Shown here one piece after another: positions 47,999 to 59,514 of a stretch of 64,000 bases of DNA. Made by a program: the position numbers and the translations under genes. The notes beneath the pieces were generated by a model. It ran no database searches, was not told where the DNA came from, and saw nothing but the letters and a program-made list of their open reading frames with translations. The first letter of the stretch is position 1. Each line of letters begins with the position of its first letter. The stretch is from Candidatus Kapaibacterium sp. Lineage in GTDB: Bacteria; Bacteroidota; Ignavibacteria; Kapaibacteriales; NICIL-2. Location of the stretch: contig BPHJ01000001.1 in NCBI GenBank assembly GCA_026003475.1, positions 1,737,281 to 1,801,280 of the forward strand. Direction: 5' to 3'.

Positions 47999-49207
47999 AT
48001 GAACAGGGTGAGCGCACCAGTTCTGCTTCGCCTTCGTCCAGGAGAGCATCGCCGTCTCCGCGATGGTCACCTGTGGATATACCGCGACCAGATAGAGCCA
48101 CCGATTCCCTCACTGGCTGCTGGCGCTCTGGTACGCGTGGAAACCGATTATGGTTACGACCTGGGCGTTGGGTTCTATCACCCACAGAGCAAGATCGCTG
48201 TGCGTTTGCTGCTGTGGCATGGAGAGGTGGACGAACATTTTTTTCAGCAGCGTATTGCGCGTGCCCTCATGCTGCGGCAATCAGCCTATGGGGACAGCGA
48301 TGTGTATCGCCTCGTCTTCGGTGAAGCGGATCTGCTGCCGGGCTTGGTTGTGGATCGTTACCAGGACTGGCTTGCCGTGCAATTCCTCTCTGCTGGCATG
48401 GATGCACGCGCGGCAATGATCGTCGGTGCACTGCGGAATGCTCTGCCTCAGGTGCGCGGCATTATCGCCAAAAACGACACCGTTCTCCGCGACAAAGAAG
48501 GATTGCCACGCCAAGAGGAGATTGTCTGGGGCAGTATTCCAGAGCGCATCACTACTGCGTTCGAGAGCGGTGTGCGTCTGCACGCAGATCTTCTGGGCGG
48601 CCAGAAAACCGGTCTGTACCTCGATCAGCGGATGAATTACCGTCTGGTAGCGCAGTGGGCGCGCAACCGCCGCGTGCTCGATTGCTTTACCCATCAGGGT
48701 GGCTTTGCCATCCACTGCGCACTTGCAGGTGCCCAGGACGTCTGCGCGGTGGATAGCTCGTCGGCAGCAATTGCACTGGCGCAGGAGAATGCCGCGCTCA
48801 ATGGCGTTGCAGAGCGCTGCCGATTCATCGAAGCCGATGTGTTCGACTTTCTCAAGGAGGCGGTCAACGCTGGTCAGCACTGGGATATGGTCATCCTCGA
48901 TCCACCGGCATTTGCCAAGAGCATCCACCACATTCGATCGGCTCTCCGTGGCTACGCCGAAATCAACCGCCGGGCGCTTCAACTTCTCGGCGATGGCGGA
49001 ATCCTGGTGAGCGCTTCGTGTTCCCACCACATCAGCTCCGCAATGCTGCTGGATGTTATCACCAGCGAAGCACGCCGAGCAGGATGCCGCGTGCGGCTGG
49101 TGGCTCGTGGTATGCAATCGCCCTGTCACCCGATCTATTTGCCGATGCCGGAAACCGAGTACCTTACGCTCCTGATCGTTGAAGTCGTGCGACCGCAGAC
49201 ACCGTAA
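47999..49207 (+). CDS. rlmI: Class I SAM-dependent rRNA (cytosine-C5) methyltransferase, RlmI-like (PUA plus MTase)
   Basis: The PUA-like N-terminus reads LRLRPGEHRRLRDGHLWIYRDQI. The MTase core reads VLDCFTHQGGFAIHCA...MVILDPPAFAKS. Confidence 0.75.
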   Translation: MNRVSAPVLLRLRPGEHRRLRDGHLWIYRDQIEPPIPSLAAGALVRVETDYGYDLGVGFYHPQSKIAVRLLLWHGEVDEHFFQQRIARALMLRQSAYGDSDVYRLVFGEADLLPGLVVDRYQDWLAVQFLSAGMDARAAMIVGALRNALPQVRGIIAKNDTVLRDKEGLPRQEEIVWGSIPERITTAFESGVRLHADLLGGQKTGLYLDQRMNYRLVAQWARNRRVLDCFTHQGGFAIHCALAGAQDVCAVDSSSAAIALAQENAALNGVAERCRFIEADVFDFLKEAVNAGQHWDMVILDPPAFAKSIHHIRSALRGYAEINRRALQLLGDGGILVSASCSHHISSAMLLDVITSEARRAGCRVRLVARGMQSPCHPIYLPMPETEYLTLLIVEVVRPQTP

Positions 49208-49239
49208 GTTTGCATCTGTATCACTGTCACACACAATCC

Positions 49240-50013
49240 ATGCGACAATCAGCAATCCTGGTTTTGCTGGCGGGCGCACTGTCGCTCAGCCTCTCTGCAC
49301 AGCAGCCCCAAGGTGGCGACCAACTCGGCGAGATAACCTTCGAAGAGCTACAGGACAAACAGTCCAGCAATGCATACTTTGGCATCGGTGCTGGCTACGT
49401 CGGTGGTCTTTGGTACATCCCTGCTGGTGACATCAGCGCGAACTTGGTCATGCCGTACTCGATGCACGGCGACTATACAGCGCCCCTGTTTGTCAGTGGG
49501 GTCAGCGGCTTTTTGACCCTTAGCCTGGTCGGCAATCTGCGTATTGGTTTCGAAGGCCTCAGCGGCTCGCAGACACAGACCCAGACGCAAGGTTCTTCCG
49601 AGCATCGGGCAATGATGGAACTGTCGAGCACAGCGTTGCAGTTGGACTATGCGTTCCCCATCGTGCGGGGGTTGATTGTTGCGCCGGGCGTCTTTGTCGG
49701 ACGCGGCTCGCTCCGCTTTGAGCACACCAGCGGTCCGTCCTCGGCAACATGGCCATCCTCGCCTGGCACGTTGGGCAATGCTGTGACCAGTTCGCTGGAA
49801 GCACCGTTTTGGCTGGTCCGTCCGACTGTCTCGGTCGAGTACGCTCTCAGTGGCTATGCATCGCTCCGCGCCTGGGGCAGCTACAACCTAACCTTCATGG
49901 GCCAGTGGCAGGAAAATTCGATCACCACCATCAACGGCGTGCCCAGTGCGCTCTCTGCACGCGGAGCTGCCGTTGGGCTTGGACTGTTCATCGGCTTGTT
50001 CCGGAGCGAATAG
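49240..50013 (+). CDS. Hypothetical outer-membrane beta-barrel protein
   Basis: The ATG at 49240 gives the signal MRQSAILVLLAGALSLSLSAQ. It has an alternating beta-strand pattern, Gly/aromatic-rich, of about 8 strands. Confidence 0.55.
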   Translation: MRQSAILVLLAGALSLSLSAQQPQGGDQLGEITFEELQDKQSSNAYFGIGAGYVGGLWYIPAGDISANLVMPYSMHGDYTAPLFVSGVSGFLTLSLVGNLRIGFEGLSGSQTQTQTQGSSEHRAMMELSSTALQLDYAFPIVRGLIVAPGVFVGRGSLRFEHTSGPSSATWPSSPGTLGNAVTSSLEAPFWLVRPTVSVEYALSGYASLRAWGSYNLTFMGQWQENSITTINGVPSALSARGAAVGLGLFIGLFRSE

Positions 50014-50138
50014 CGGTGCCTGCGTGGCACTGTTACCTCTGGTGGTTTCCCCTCCGTGGAAGGACAAGTAAGTGGCACGGAACCAAGAGAAGAATTGCCC
50101 AACCATACTACGTCCGTGCATGCTGTCCTTCAACCAGC

Positions 50139-50211
<73 letters not shown>

Positions 50212-50214
50212 CTA

Positions 50215-51189
50215 CTACCGCGATAGTTCCAACATTCGCTCCAGCGGTTGGCGAGCGCGTTCGATCAACTCTGGGTCGAGGTGAATTTCCGGTTCGCCCT
50301 GGAGCAGGCATTGGTAGAGCTTTTCGAGCGTGTTGAGTTTCATGTAGGGGCACTCACTGCAGCGACATCCTTCTTCCTGGGGCAAGGCGGGAATAAAGCG
50401 TTTCTGGGGCGAGGCCTTTGCCATCTGATGGAGAATTCCGGGCTCGGTTGCAACGATGAACGTGCTGCGCGGGGATTCCATGGTGTAGCGCAGCAGAGCG
50501 CTGGTCGAGCCAATGAAGTGCGCGCGTTCCAAGATCGCGTCTTCGCACTCAGGATGCGCGATCAACTCCGCATCGGGATGCTCAGCAAGCTGCTCTTCGA
50601 TGCGGCGGAGGCTGAAGCTTTGATGAACGATACAGGTGCCATTCCAGAGCAGCATCGTCCGTCCAGTTTTGCGCTGCAGGTAGGCACCTAAATTCCGATC
50701 CGGTGCAAAGAGAATCGGCACGTCCTCGGGCACGCTTCCGATGATACGCTCAGCGTTACTGCTGGTGCAAATGATGTCGCTGAGTGCTTTGACCTCGGCG
50801 CTGCAGTTGATGTAGGTAATGCCGACGTGGTTCGGATAGCGCTCGCGCAACTGTTCCCGCACGCGGCGGTACTCATCGGCAGGAGCACTCTCGGCAAGCG
50901 AGCATCCTGCATGCACATCCGGAAGCAGCACCCGTTTGGTTGGATTCAAAATCTTGGCCGTCTCCGCCATAAAGTGCACCCCACAGAACACGATCACGTC
51001 GGCATCGGTTTGCTGTGCTTTCCGCGACAGCTCTAAGCTATCACCGACAAAATCGGCCAGCTCTTGAATCTCGGAGTACTGATAGTAGTGCGCTAAAATC
51101 ACAGCATTCCGCTCCGCTTTGAGCCGCAGAATGGAGGCAATACGCTCTTGGTCGTGCGCACTGGCGATGCTGGGGAGAACCGTTTCCAT
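50215..51189 (-). CDS. nadA: Quinolinate synthase
   Basis: [36 protein letters not shown] and [15 protein letters not shown] are typical NadA. The ATG at 51189 is 2 nt after the upstream stop. Confidence 0.9.
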   Translation of the reverse strand: METVLPSIASAHDQERIASILRLKAERNAVILAHYYQYSEIQELADFVGDSLELSRKAQQTDADVIVFCGVHFMAETAKILNPTKRVLLPDVHAGCSLAESAPADEYRRVREQLRERYPNHVGITYINCSAEVKALSDIICTSSNAERIIGSVPEDVPILFAPDRNLGAYLQRKTGRTMLLWNGTCIVHQSFSLRRIEEQLAEHPDAELIAHPECEDAILERAHFIGSTSALLRYTMESPRSTFIVATEPGILHQMAKASPQKRFIPALPQEEGCRCSECPYMKLNTLEKLYQCLLQGEPEIHLDPELIERARQPLERMLELSR

Positions 51190-51191
51190 CG

Positions 51192-54032
51192 TTAGTGGGA
51201 AGCTCCAAGATGAACACAAGGCAACACACGCACACCGCCACGCCACTGAAGACGAATCCAGTATAGCCCTCGTGCACAGCGACGCATGTCCACGGCTGCT
51301 CCACGTGCGGTACGCTCGATCGGCACCGGAAGGTGTTCGCCGACGAGGGAAACAACCGCGATCATCGCAGTAGGAGGCACTCCCTCCAGATACACCATGC
51401 CGGTGCTTGGCTGGGGAAACAGTACCACCGATTGCGCGCTATCCCGTACATCGAGTGGTCCGCTCCCACTGATGAGCAGATCGTCAACATACCAACCATC
51501 ATCTTGCTGGCTAAGGTTTGCACGGAAGCGGAGCCGGATGAACACATCCGTCGGCGCATTCTCGATGGGCACCGCTGCACGCACGTACTTCCAATCGTCG
51601 GATGCGCGCACACCATCGCTCCACTCTGGGTAGTTGGCGCGATTGAGCCAGAGGACTTGGCGCCAATGCAGGCCATCGGTCGAGACTTCCACCAGCGCAC
51701 TATCGCGCTCTTCCACGAATGCGGCAGTCATACACGCAAATTCGAGTGTATCCCGCTCGGCGCGGACCGGAAACAGCAGGAGCGTGTCCCGCTGCGCTGG
51801 AGCATAAGCGCCGCTGGGCGATTCAGTCAGGCTCGACGGTGGCGAAAATGAGAATGCAGACACCAATCCCCACCCTCCGCTCTTAAGGTATCGCCGAATC
51901 TTCCCATCGTCGAACGAATCGCTGTACCGCGTCTCGACAGGTCCGATGTATGCTATCACGCCTGCAGATCGGTCACTTCGATTGCCGTCGGCGTCGAGCA
52001 CAACGACCTGGACCGACCAGTATCCACGCTCGGGTGCAGTCAGCGGTAAGGCGACAACTGCGCCCGTGTCGGTAAGTTGGACGGTATGCTGGCTCTGTTC
52101 AATGCCATCGAGCACAATCGCCACCCGTGCAAGGTTCACCAGCGGTGTGACGCCATCGGCACGGCGAGAGGGAAGCCGTACGAAAACTGTTGCATCGAGC
52201 GTTGCCGTCCGCTCGTTTCGCACATTCTCGATTGTTGCTGGCGCTGGTTGCGGTGCTCCGCCAGCATAGCCGGTCACCGAACGCGGTGAGGAAGTGTCCG
52301 TGCCCGCAACCACCAGTGCGGTGTAGCGTTGCACCGAATACGGTGGCACGGTGCGATCAGAGTAGGTAGTTGCCGGGCCATCCAGCCGAGCAATCAGGGT
52401 ATCGTTGCGCAGGAGCAGAATGCGGATTTCTGCCGGATCGAGCGGCTGACCGAAACTGCGTTCGGTCGGAAGCTGCCATTGCAGGTCAATGCGGCGCGGA
52501 TCGTCGGGGATCGTTGTTGCGCGGAGGTTGCGTACCGGCAGCGGCGCCCGCACCGCGATTGCTGCCGAGTACACGTCGCTATCGAAGATGTTCTGCTCAG
52601 CCTGGCGCATATCCACGTTCGACGGATAGATGATGCCATTCCAGAATGCGCAACCGTTGTAATCGCCAGCGAAGACGCCACTGATGGAGCCACCACTGAA
52701 GGGATTACGCCGAATATCGAAGGCGGTATCGCTGAGCGGACGCTCATACCAAGTGTCCCCGCCATCGCTGGAGTAGGCCACGTAGGCACGCGAGTACCGG
52801 TTGTCCGGATCGTCGCGGCTATCGAGCCACAGGACAGCAAGGTCACCAGTGGTACCATCGAGAGCAATCCACTGCCAGAACTGATCGCCTGTTGTATCGC
52901 GGTGGATAATTCGAGGCGCTGACCAGGTCTGCCCACCATCGGTTGAGCGTGAAAAGTACACGTTGGGAACGCGATCGGCGGCCCAGGTCAAGTAGAGCCA
53001 GCCGCGCCGAGGCGAGGTCGGCACCGTATCAACAACCAGGGAAGGATATGTTTCAACGCGCGTACCGCCCTTGAGTGTGTGGTTGTACTGCGTACCCGTG
53101 AACTTTGTCTCTCCCAGCCATTGGTACGTGTGCACCAGGCGTGGTGCTGTCCACATCGCTCCGCCGTCGGTCGAACGCGCAAAGCCAATACCGCGCTGCG
53201 TGCCGGAGTTCCAGACGACATAAACCTCGCCATTAGGACCCGTCGCCGCCAGCGGAAAACTCTGCCCGAAGGTGGTGTCGAGCGACGTACCAGGCAGAAT
53301 CGGACTAACGCGCACAGGCCGATGCCAGGTGCTACCTCGATCGTCGGACCAGGTGATGACGATCTGTGTGGATGAATCGCGGTCAATAACCCGCTTCCAG
53401 GGTACGTAGAGCCGTCCACGATAGGGCGAGCTACGTGCATGGTCAACCGAGATGTAGTACTTGTCCTCGAAGGCAGAATCAGCCGTCATGGTGCCGGTGT
53501 GCATGATGATGGGCAAATGTGCCTGCCAGGACTGCCCACCATCGGTGGATCGCGCCAAGAAGACGCCATTTTCTCCACTCGGGGGCGTGGCACGGTTGAA
53601 CGCACCGTACACGACGTATGCGGTGCCATCGGGTCCCCAGGCCACCGAGGGGTCGTTGCCTGCTGTCCAGTTCGGTAATGCTGGTTTGCCGAGCAGCACA
53701 TTGCGCCATTGCTTACCGCCATCGGTGGAAACATAAACCCACGCCGATTGATTGGCGCGATAGTCAACTGCCGACGCAATCAGAAGGCGCGGATTGAGGG
53801 GATTGATTGCAATGCTCGATTCGTTCTGCATCGGCGAATTGTCTTCCTCCTGCTCGATGAGATTGATGTTGGCAAAGTCTGATTCGAAGTACCGCTCAGC
53901 CATCAGCACAGGTGGTATTGCCGCAGCGACAATAACCTGCGATGGACGCGCCGCCTCCAGGTATCGCTCCCAGCGCGGATTGTCCGCACTGGCACCAACA
54001 GCAGCACAGATGAACACCAACACAAGTGCCAT
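51192..54032 (-). CDS. BNR/Asp-box repeat (sialidase-fold) protein with T9SS-type C-terminal sorting domain
   Basis: A signal peptide and six Asp-boxes ([48 protein letters not shown]). These are followed by beta-sandwich domains and a tail ([16 protein letters not shown]...GLYWIRLQ) like Por/T9SS C-terminal domains. Confidence 0.75.
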   Translation of the reverse strand: MALVLVFICAAVGASADNPRWERYLEAARPSQVIVAAAIPPVLMAERYFESDFANINLIEQEEDNSPMQNESSIAINPLNPRLLIASAVDYRANQSAWVYVSTDGGKQWRNVLLGKPALPNWTAGNDPSVAWGPDGTAYVVYGAFNRATPPSGENGVFLARSTDGGQSWQAHLPIIMHTGTMTADSAFEDKYYISVDHARSSPYRGRLYVPWKRVIDRDSSTQIVITWSDDRGSTWHRPVRVSPILPGTSLDTTFGQSFPLAATGPNGEVYVVWNSGTQRGIGFARSTDGGAMWTAPRLVHTYQWLGETKFTGTQYNHTLKGGTRVETYPSLVVDTVPTSPRRGWLYLTWAADRVPNVYFSRSTDGGQTWSAPRIIHRDTTGDQFWQWIALDGTTGDLAVLWLDSRDDPDNRYSRAYVAYSSDGGDTWYERPLSDTAFDIRRNPFSGGSISGVFAGDYNGCAFWNGIIYPSNVDMRQAEQNIFDSDVYSAAIAVRAPLPVRNLRATTIPDDPRRIDLQWQLPTERSFGQPLDPAEIRILLLRNDTLIARLDGPATTYSDRTVPPYSVQRYTALVVAGTDTSSPRSVTGYAGGAPQPAPATIENVRNERTATLDATVFVRLPSRRADGVTPLVNLARVAIVLDGIEQSQHTVQLTDTGAVVALPLTAPERGYWSVQVVVLDADGNRSDRSAGVIAYIGPVETRYSDSFDDGKIRRYLKSGGWGLVSAFSFSPPSSLTESPSGAYAPAQRDTLLLFPVRAERDTLEFACMTAAFVEERDSALVEVSTDGLHWRQVLWLNRANYPEWSDGVRASDDWKYVRAAVPIENAPTDVFIRLRFRANLSQQDDGWYVDDLLISGSGPLDVRDSAQSVVLFPQPSTGMVYLEGVPPTAMIAVVSLVGEHLPVPIERTARGAAVDMRRCARGLYWIRLQWRGGVRVLPCVHLGASH

Positions 54033-54143
54033 GGAATCGTTCGCGGTTGTGGTACAATGCCTTCCAGTTGCGATTTACGAAACCAATGCGAAATATCCAA
54101 ACCGGACCCTATCTTCGCTCCCGAACAAATCGCACTACCAGCA

Positions 54144-55289
54144 ATGCTCATCGAATCTACAACTGCTCTGCTTCGAGCCAAGCCCCTGCCACGAGTGATC
54201 TTCCTCTTTGGCGAAGAAGAATTCTTGGTCGAGGAAACTGCCGATGCCCTATTGGAAGTTGCCCGTACGCGGGGTGTGGCCGATGTGGACGTCGAGGTGC
54301 TCGATGGCGACGAGCTGAGCGCCGACGATCTGGTTCGCCGCGCCGAGGCATTCCCGATGGCAAGTGCTGAGCGCGTGATCCTGGTGCGACGCTTCGATCG
54401 CATCCCCTTCGGAAGGAAGCAGAATGCCGAACAGAGCTTGCTGGGGAAATACCTTCGAGCGCCGTCACCGGCGACGGTGCTGATTCTCATGGCAAGCGGG
54501 GATAATCGCAGCACAAGCGACGAGCTCAAAGGTCTTGCGGCAGCTATGACCAATCCCAAACTCCACGAAAAAGCCAAATCGAAGCTCGCCAAGCTTCGTT
54601 TCCCGTACCGCACCCTCATCGAGCACGCTGCATGGATGGAATTTCCCCGCCTCTACGAACGCCAGATTCCGGAGTGGATTGTGCGTCGTTTCAAAGCGCA
54701 TGGCTATGAGTGCGCCGTCGAAGTTGCTGAATATCTGACCCTGCAGATCGGCACCTCTTTGCGGGACCTTGCAAACGAGATCAGCAAGGTTATGCTGTTT
54801 GTGGGAGGACGCAAACGAATCGGCATCGAGGATGTGCTGGCCGTCGCCGGCGCGTCGCGGGTGTACAATGTCTTCGAGTTACAGAAGGCCATCGGAGAGC
54901 GAAATATTCCGCGAGCACTGAACATTCTCCATTACATGGTGCGAACCGAGCGGCAGGACTTGCTCATCGTGACGATGCTGGGGCGATACTTTTCGATCCT
55001 GTGGCGATTGGACGAGCTCCGCACGGTAAATCCCAATCCGTCGGAGTTAGGGCGTGCATTGGGCATTTCACCATTTTTCGTGCCCGAGTATCTGGCAGCA
55101 TTGGCGCGCTTCACTCCTGCACAAGTGGAACATGCCCTCGAGGTACTCCATACCGCGGATGTGCGGCTCAAATCCAGCTCGCTCGATGCGTTGACTGTTC
55201 TCGAAGAAGCGGTGCTGGCAATTCTGGGAGAAGCAAAAACATCGGCGCCGCCTCGCTTGGAAGCGGCGCCGCGTGTGAGGGTACCATGA
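54144..55289 (+). CDS. holA: DNA polymerase III subunit delta
   Basis: The ATG at 54144 gives MLIESTTALLRAKPLPRVIFLFGEEEFLVEE, followed by ERVILVRRFD. The central and C-terminal helical domains are typical of HolA. Confidence 0.8.
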   Translation: MLIESTTALLRAKPLPRVIFLFGEEEFLVEETADALLEVARTRGVADVDVEVLDGDELSADDLVRRAEAFPMASAERVILVRRFDRIPFGRKQNAEQSLLGKYLRAPSPATVLILMASGDNRSTSDELKGLAAAMTNPKLHEKAKSKLAKLRFPYRTLIEHAAWMEFPRLYERQIPEWIVRRFKAHGYECAVEVAEYLTLQIGTSLRDLANEISKVMLFVGGRKRIGIEDVLAVAGASRVYNVFELQKAIGERNIPRALNILHYMVRTERQDLLIVTMLGRYFSILWRLDELRTVNPNPSELGRALGISPFFVPEYLAALARFTPAQVEHALEVLHTADVRLKSSSLDALTVLEEAVLAILGEAKTSAPPRLEAAPRVRVP

Positions 55290-55302
55290 AACGCTTTACT
55301 TG

Positions 55303-57570
55303 CTACCGCACAATTACCAGCGGTACCGTGCGGACTCCCATTGCCGTACGAATGCGCACTGCGTAAGCACCAACACTGAGTCCATCGGTCGGAAGCTCAA
55401 GCGACAGTGCCTCGGTACGATACGAAGCAATGACCGTGCCAAGAAGGCTCAGCACTTCCACGTCCATATCGCCATCTGCTTGCCCGCGCTCGATCCGGAC
55501 GTAGGACGTTGCCGGATTCGGTGCAACCACGATAGCATCCAACGCATCGGCAGTCACCGTGCTCAGTTGCGCCGGTTCCATCGTCGCATTCTGGGATTGA
55601 GCATTGCTCGTGGGAGCAATGGTTATCGGCATCGTGACCGATTCAAAGTCGGGATGGTCAACAACCAGTTGCCCGCTACCCGGCAGAAGCTCAGTGATCG
55701 CATAGTAGCCATCGTCCTGCGAAATCGCGTAGCCTGCGATACCAGCATCGGTCAGCACCGCCACCAGCGCACCGGCCACAGGCTGTTCGCCTTGTTCATG
55801 GGAACCAACCTTGATCTGCTGTCCACGACCGCGCACCCAACCATCGAGCCGAACGATTCCCCGTTCGCCACTGCGTGCACGCAGCTTGATAACGTACTGC
55901 ACCGTCAGCATGGCATCGCCGACCTCGATGCGCGTTGCGTTACGCCAGCGGAGGGTGGCAAAATCACCCACCACACAGAAGCCTGGCACATAGTCCCGCG
56001 AGCGTGGAATACCGAGCACGACGTACACACCAGGCTCTAGTCCGGTGAATTGGTAGTTGCCCTCGGAATCTGTTTCGACGGTGCGGAACCGACGGATGCG
56101 TTCGCCCCGATCGTTGGCATTGTTGACCAGGCGGCATGCAATTGCCCATCCGGCCAGGCCAGCACCGCTCGAATCGGTAATTTGTCCACTGAACCCACCT
56201 TGCGCTGCCGGACGGGTTGGCAGAGCAAAGTTGACACCATCGCGATGGCCACTGAGGGTAATGCGCGTCGCTTCGGCAATATTGGTTGTTCCGTCATAGT
56301 ACAGCGGCAGGTAATCATCGCTCCGTGGGATGGCACGAGCGATATACGTGAAGCGGCTCGACAGACGGATCTCGTAGTAACCATCAGCATTGGTTTCAGC
56401 AGTAAAGGTGGCCCCATGGCCCCAGTCGTTGTCGCCATCGTCATGGTGAGCATTGCCGGTCGTCATGAACTTGACCCATGCTGCCACACCATTGCCTGTC
56501 TCGGCAGATGTTACCCGTCCGCTCACCACATAGAATTGCTCGCGCTCACGCGGGGTCACGACAAATACCAGCTCGACAGTATCGCCGCCACACTCGAACG
56601 TGAGGACGGTTGCATCGTCAGCAGAGCTGCTGTTCTCGTACCAGAGCGGTTGGTAGTCGCGGCCTTCCGTGAGGAACTTGTATTGTCCAGCAGGCAAGCG
56701 CATGTGGAATGTCCCCAGATCACCAACTTCGGCACGTGCAACGGCAACCCATACGAGCTGGCTGTCTTGTCCATGCCCTTTCCAAACTCCACGGTATGCG
56801 ACAACAACCCCTGACGACATCGGCGTCCGACTCGTATCAACGACGATGCCCTCAACGACAACGCACCCTTCGTGCTCTTCTTCACCGCCGACGGTGATGC
56901 TCCACTCTTGTCCCGTCGCAATAACCTGGCCTTGCGCCTCGATCATTGCTTTGATTGCCACGCGATATGTACCCGCACGCTGCGGTGTCCAGGTCACAAG
57001 CCCTGTGCTTTGGTCAATGGTCATGCCATCGGGACCACTGATGAGCTGGTAGCGGATCGTCACTCCTTGTACGGAGGATTCGGCACGGGCTTGGTAGCGA
57101 TACTCTTGACCAACGCGAGCTTGGGTCGGCGGAGTGGTCACAAAGCGCAGAAGCTGATTCGGTGGAGTGTTCGGCGGAACAGTGACCACACGAATGGTAC
57201 TCCGCTGACTTTCCCCGTCGCTATTGTAGGCGGTGACAAAATAGGTGTACGTGCCTGCTTGGAGCGGCTGGTCGGTGTAGGTGTAGAGTTGGCGTATCGA
57301 CGAGTCGGCCGGAACGGTAGCAATGCGAGTAAACTGTGATTCATCTTCGGTCGCGCCGGATGCGCGATAGACGTAGTACCCGTCGGGACGATCAGAGGAA
57401 CGCTCTGACTCACTTGGCGCCCACTGGAGTACTGCCTTGTACTGCCCATCGGTATCGGTGTAACCACCGGTTGCACTAAACTCACGCGGCTTGCTTGGCA
57501 CGCCCGCCACAACAGTTGCCGCAACCATCAGCATGCCGAGCATGGCATGCAGCAACAATCGAATCTTCAT
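55303..57570 (-). CDS. Secreted multi-domain adhesin-like protein (Fn3, cadherin-like Ig, CarboxypepD_reg-like repeats) with T9SS C-terminal sorting domain
   Basis: A signal peptide; an Fn3-like block (YVYRASG...YTYFVTAYNSDGES); and YQLISGPDGMTIDQSTGLVTWTP, a putative Ig / cadherin-like motif. Repeated G.V....G.....A.V units end in DGYY/GNYQF. The tail APNPATSYVRIE...VEVLSLLGTVI...GAYAVRI is T9SS CTD-like. Confidence 0.7.
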   Translation of the reverse strand: MKIRLLLHAMLGMLMVAATVVAGVPSKPREFSATGGYTDTDGQYKAVLQWAPSESERSSDRPDGYYVYRASGATEDESQFTRIATVPADSSIRQLYTYTDQPLQAGTYTYFVTAYNSDGESQRSTIRVVTVPPNTPPNQLLRFVTTPPTQARVGQEYRYQARAESSVQGVTIRYQLISGPDGMTIDQSTGLVTWTPQRAGTYRVAIKAMIEAQGQVIATGQEWSITVGGEEEHEGCVVVEGIVVDTSRTPMSSGVVVAYRGVWKGHGQDSQLVWVAVARAEVGDLGTFHMRLPAGQYKFLTEGRDYQPLWYENSSSADDATVLTFECGGDTVELVFVVTPREREQFYVVSGRVTSAETGNGVAAWVKFMTTGNAHHDDGDNDWGHGATFTAETNADGYYEIRLSSRFTYIARAIPRSDDYLPLYYDGTTNIAEATRITLSGHRDGVNFALPTRPAAQGGFSGQITDSSGAGLAGWAIACRLVNNANDRGERIRRFRTVETDSEGNYQFTGLEPGVYVVLGIPRSRDYVPGFCVVGDFATLRWRNATRIEVGDAMLTVQYVIKLRARSGERGIVRLDGWVRGRGQQIKVGSHEQGEQPVAGALVAVLTDAGIAGYAISQDDGYYAITELLPGSGQLVVDHPDFESVTMPITIAPTSNAQSQNATMEPAQLSTVTADALDAIVVAPNPATSYVRIERGQADGDMDVEVLSLLGTVIASYRTEALSLELPTDGLSVGAYAVRIRTAMGVRTVPLVIVR

Positions 57571-57746
57571 CGCAAAACCACCACAAAGTGTGAAACAAAC
57601 ACTGGAACGGAAAGTTCCGAATTTCCCAAACTCACTGCCAGTAACACCGACAACACCTGACGGTAACAGTGGCTGTGATTTTTTTACCGTGTTACATCCA
57701 CATCCGTAGTTTGGTTATTGCCCCTGGTAACCTGAGTAGCCTATTG

Positions 57747-58334
57747 ATGAGCGACGTGGAAGCATTGAGCGATGCTGAGCTGTACACACGCATCGGTGAC
57801 AGCACGCGGTACTCCAAACGCGAGCGCGATGCCGCGTTTGCAGAGATCTACCGCCGGCATTCGCCGCGTATCTACGCCTACTGTCGCCGCATCATGGGCA
57901 ACGACGCCTCGGCAGAAGATGCATTCCAGGAAACATTCATGCGCTTGTTTACCTCCGCCGATAGCACGCGCATAATGACAAATCTACCGGCGTACTTGCT
58001 CCGGATTGCGCGGAATGTCTGCCTCAATCTCAAGCGAAGCCAGCATTCAACCGTCGAGTTGGAGGAATACCATGCTATCACGCGCGAGACACCCTACGAA
58101 AACGACGAGCTGGCAGAACTGTTGGCGCATGCCCTGGAATTGCTGCCAATTGAATATCGCGAAGCGTTTGTGCTGCACGAATACGACGGACTCTCGTACG
58201 CAGAAATCGGTCAACTGGTCGGCACCAGTGCCGATGTTGTCAAGGTGCGTGCATTCCGTGCACGCCAGAAGCTGCGCAAAATTTTGGCGCCCTACTTTTC
58301 CGATCGAACAGAAGACATGAATACTTCCGAATAA
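57747..58334 (+). CDS. RNA polymerase ECF-type sigma-70 factor
   Basis: The ATG is at 57747. Region 2 reads AFAEIYRRHSPRIYAYCRRIMGNDASAEDAFQETFMRLF. Region 4 reads LPIEYREAFVLHEYDGLSYAEIGQLVGTSADVVKVRAFRARQKL. Confidence 0.85.
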   Translation: MSDVEALSDAELYTRIGDSTRYSKRERDAAFAEIYRRHSPRIYAYCRRIMGNDASAEDAFQETFMRLFTSADSTRIMTNLPAYLLRIARNVCLNLKRSQHSTVELEEYHAITRETPYENDELAELLAHALELLPIEYREAFVLHEYDGLSYAEIGQLVGTSADVVKVRAFRARQKLRKILAPYFSDRTEDMNTSE

Positions 58335-58338
58335 TGCC

Positions 58339-59502
58339 ATGGACTACACCGAACAATACTCCGAATGGTTGTCGGCATACCTCGATGGTGAGTTAGAGCC
58401 AGCACTGGAAGAACCGCTGTTCGCTGCGCTGGCAACTCATGCCGAGCTTCGGTTGGAATTCAGCGAGCTGTTGGCGCTCCGGCGCGCAGTGCGGAACGAT
58501 CTGGTTGCTCTTGTCCCGCCCATTAGTACCACCGCTGCACTCTTTCAGAGCGTTGGCATTGGGGTTGGCACCAGCATCGTCGCTGGTCTGCTGCGCAAGC
58601 TTTGGCTCCCGCTGGCAAGCGCTGCAGTCGGAGCTGGACTCACCTGGCTGGGCATGACACTCTTGGCGCCACCAGCTCCGGTACCCACTCAATCACCCTT
58701 GCAAGTATCGCTGCCGGTTGCTGCACCCGAAACCACCATTGTCGAACGCGTCGTCTATCGCACACGGACCGTGTACGTCCCAACCAATCCCACCGTAGCA
58801 GCATCGAGTGCAGAAACGACCCCTGCTCAGCAGACACCTGCAGAGCAAGACCTCAAACCTTCACCGCCCGCGCAGGACTTTGTGCCTCTTGCCGAACTGC
58901 CAGAGCTTCGCATATCAGCATCGCCATTGGTCGTTCGTCGCTACGCGGTTCCAGCACCATCGCTGAAGGATCCAGCAATTGAGCATTCGGTGGAGATGCC
59001 CGCTCTTCCAGCCCCGGAGCAGTTTCCGCAGTTTCGTTTGATCTTGCGAGGGTTGGGCACAACGTCGTTGGTTACTGTTCCCCAACAGCCGGACCGTGGT
59101 TCTCTGTTGAGCAGCAGTGCCATTGGACTGCAGTACACGCTCAGCGATCACCATGCCATTGGTATCGACGTTGGGCGCGAACCATTTGCGATGCAGTTCT
59201 ATGGATACTCCAATGAAACACGGCTTCGCTACGAGGCATACCCGGCACTGCTGTGGGGAACAGCGACCTACCAATGGCGCACCCGCGTTGGTCAGGACTT
59301 TGAACCGTTCGCCCAAATCGGTATTGGGGCAACGGAGTTCGGACTACTCGGCCGCACAACGCTTGGCGTGGTCTATCGCCCGGTATCCTCGTTGGGCGTT
59401 CTCATTGGCCTCGAGGGCGCGTTGATGCGCTACGTGTATCAATCCACGCCCTACTGGACGCCGAATGTCGGCATCACCTATGGTGTTCTGTTCCGTTTTT
59501 AG
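58339..59502 (+). CDS. Putative anti-sigma factor with single TM helix, Pro/Thr-rich linker and beta-barrel-like C-terminal domain
   Basis: It starts 5 nt after the sigma gene's stop. The N-terminus YSEWLSAYLDGELEP...LRLEFSELLALRRAV is the anti-sigma helix pattern, without the zinc Cys ligands. The TM helix is LWLPLASAAVGAGLTWLGMTLLA. The last ~160 aa are an alternating beta pattern ending GITYGVLFRF. Confidence 0.6.
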   Translation: MDYTEQYSEWLSAYLDGELEPALEEPLFAALATHAELRLEFSELLALRRAVRNDLVALVPPISTTAALFQSVGIGVGTSIVAGLLRKLWLPLASAAVGAGLTWLGMTLLAPPAPVPTQSPLQVSLPVAAPETTIVERVVYRTRTVYVPTNPTVAASSAETTPAQQTPAEQDLKPSPPAQDFVPLAELPELRISASPLVVRRYAVPAPSLKDPAIEHSVEMPALPAPEQFPQFRLILRGLGTTSLVTVPQQPDRGSLLSSSAIGLQYTLSDHHAIGIDVGREPFAMQFYGYSNETRLRYEAYPALLWGTATYQWRTRVGQDFEPFAQIGIGATEFGLLGRTTLGVVYRPVSSLGVLIGLEGALMRYVYQSTPYWTPNVGITYGVLFRF

Positions 59503-59514
59503 GTATCATCAGCA

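Noticed and set aside
54050-54058. Extended -10-like element TGGTACAAT upstream of holA
   Set aside because: The sequence is present, but there is no recognisable -35 element. The promoter consensus of this lineage is unknown to me, and the element lies only 18 nt from the divergent gene's start. This is too weak to annotate as a promoter.
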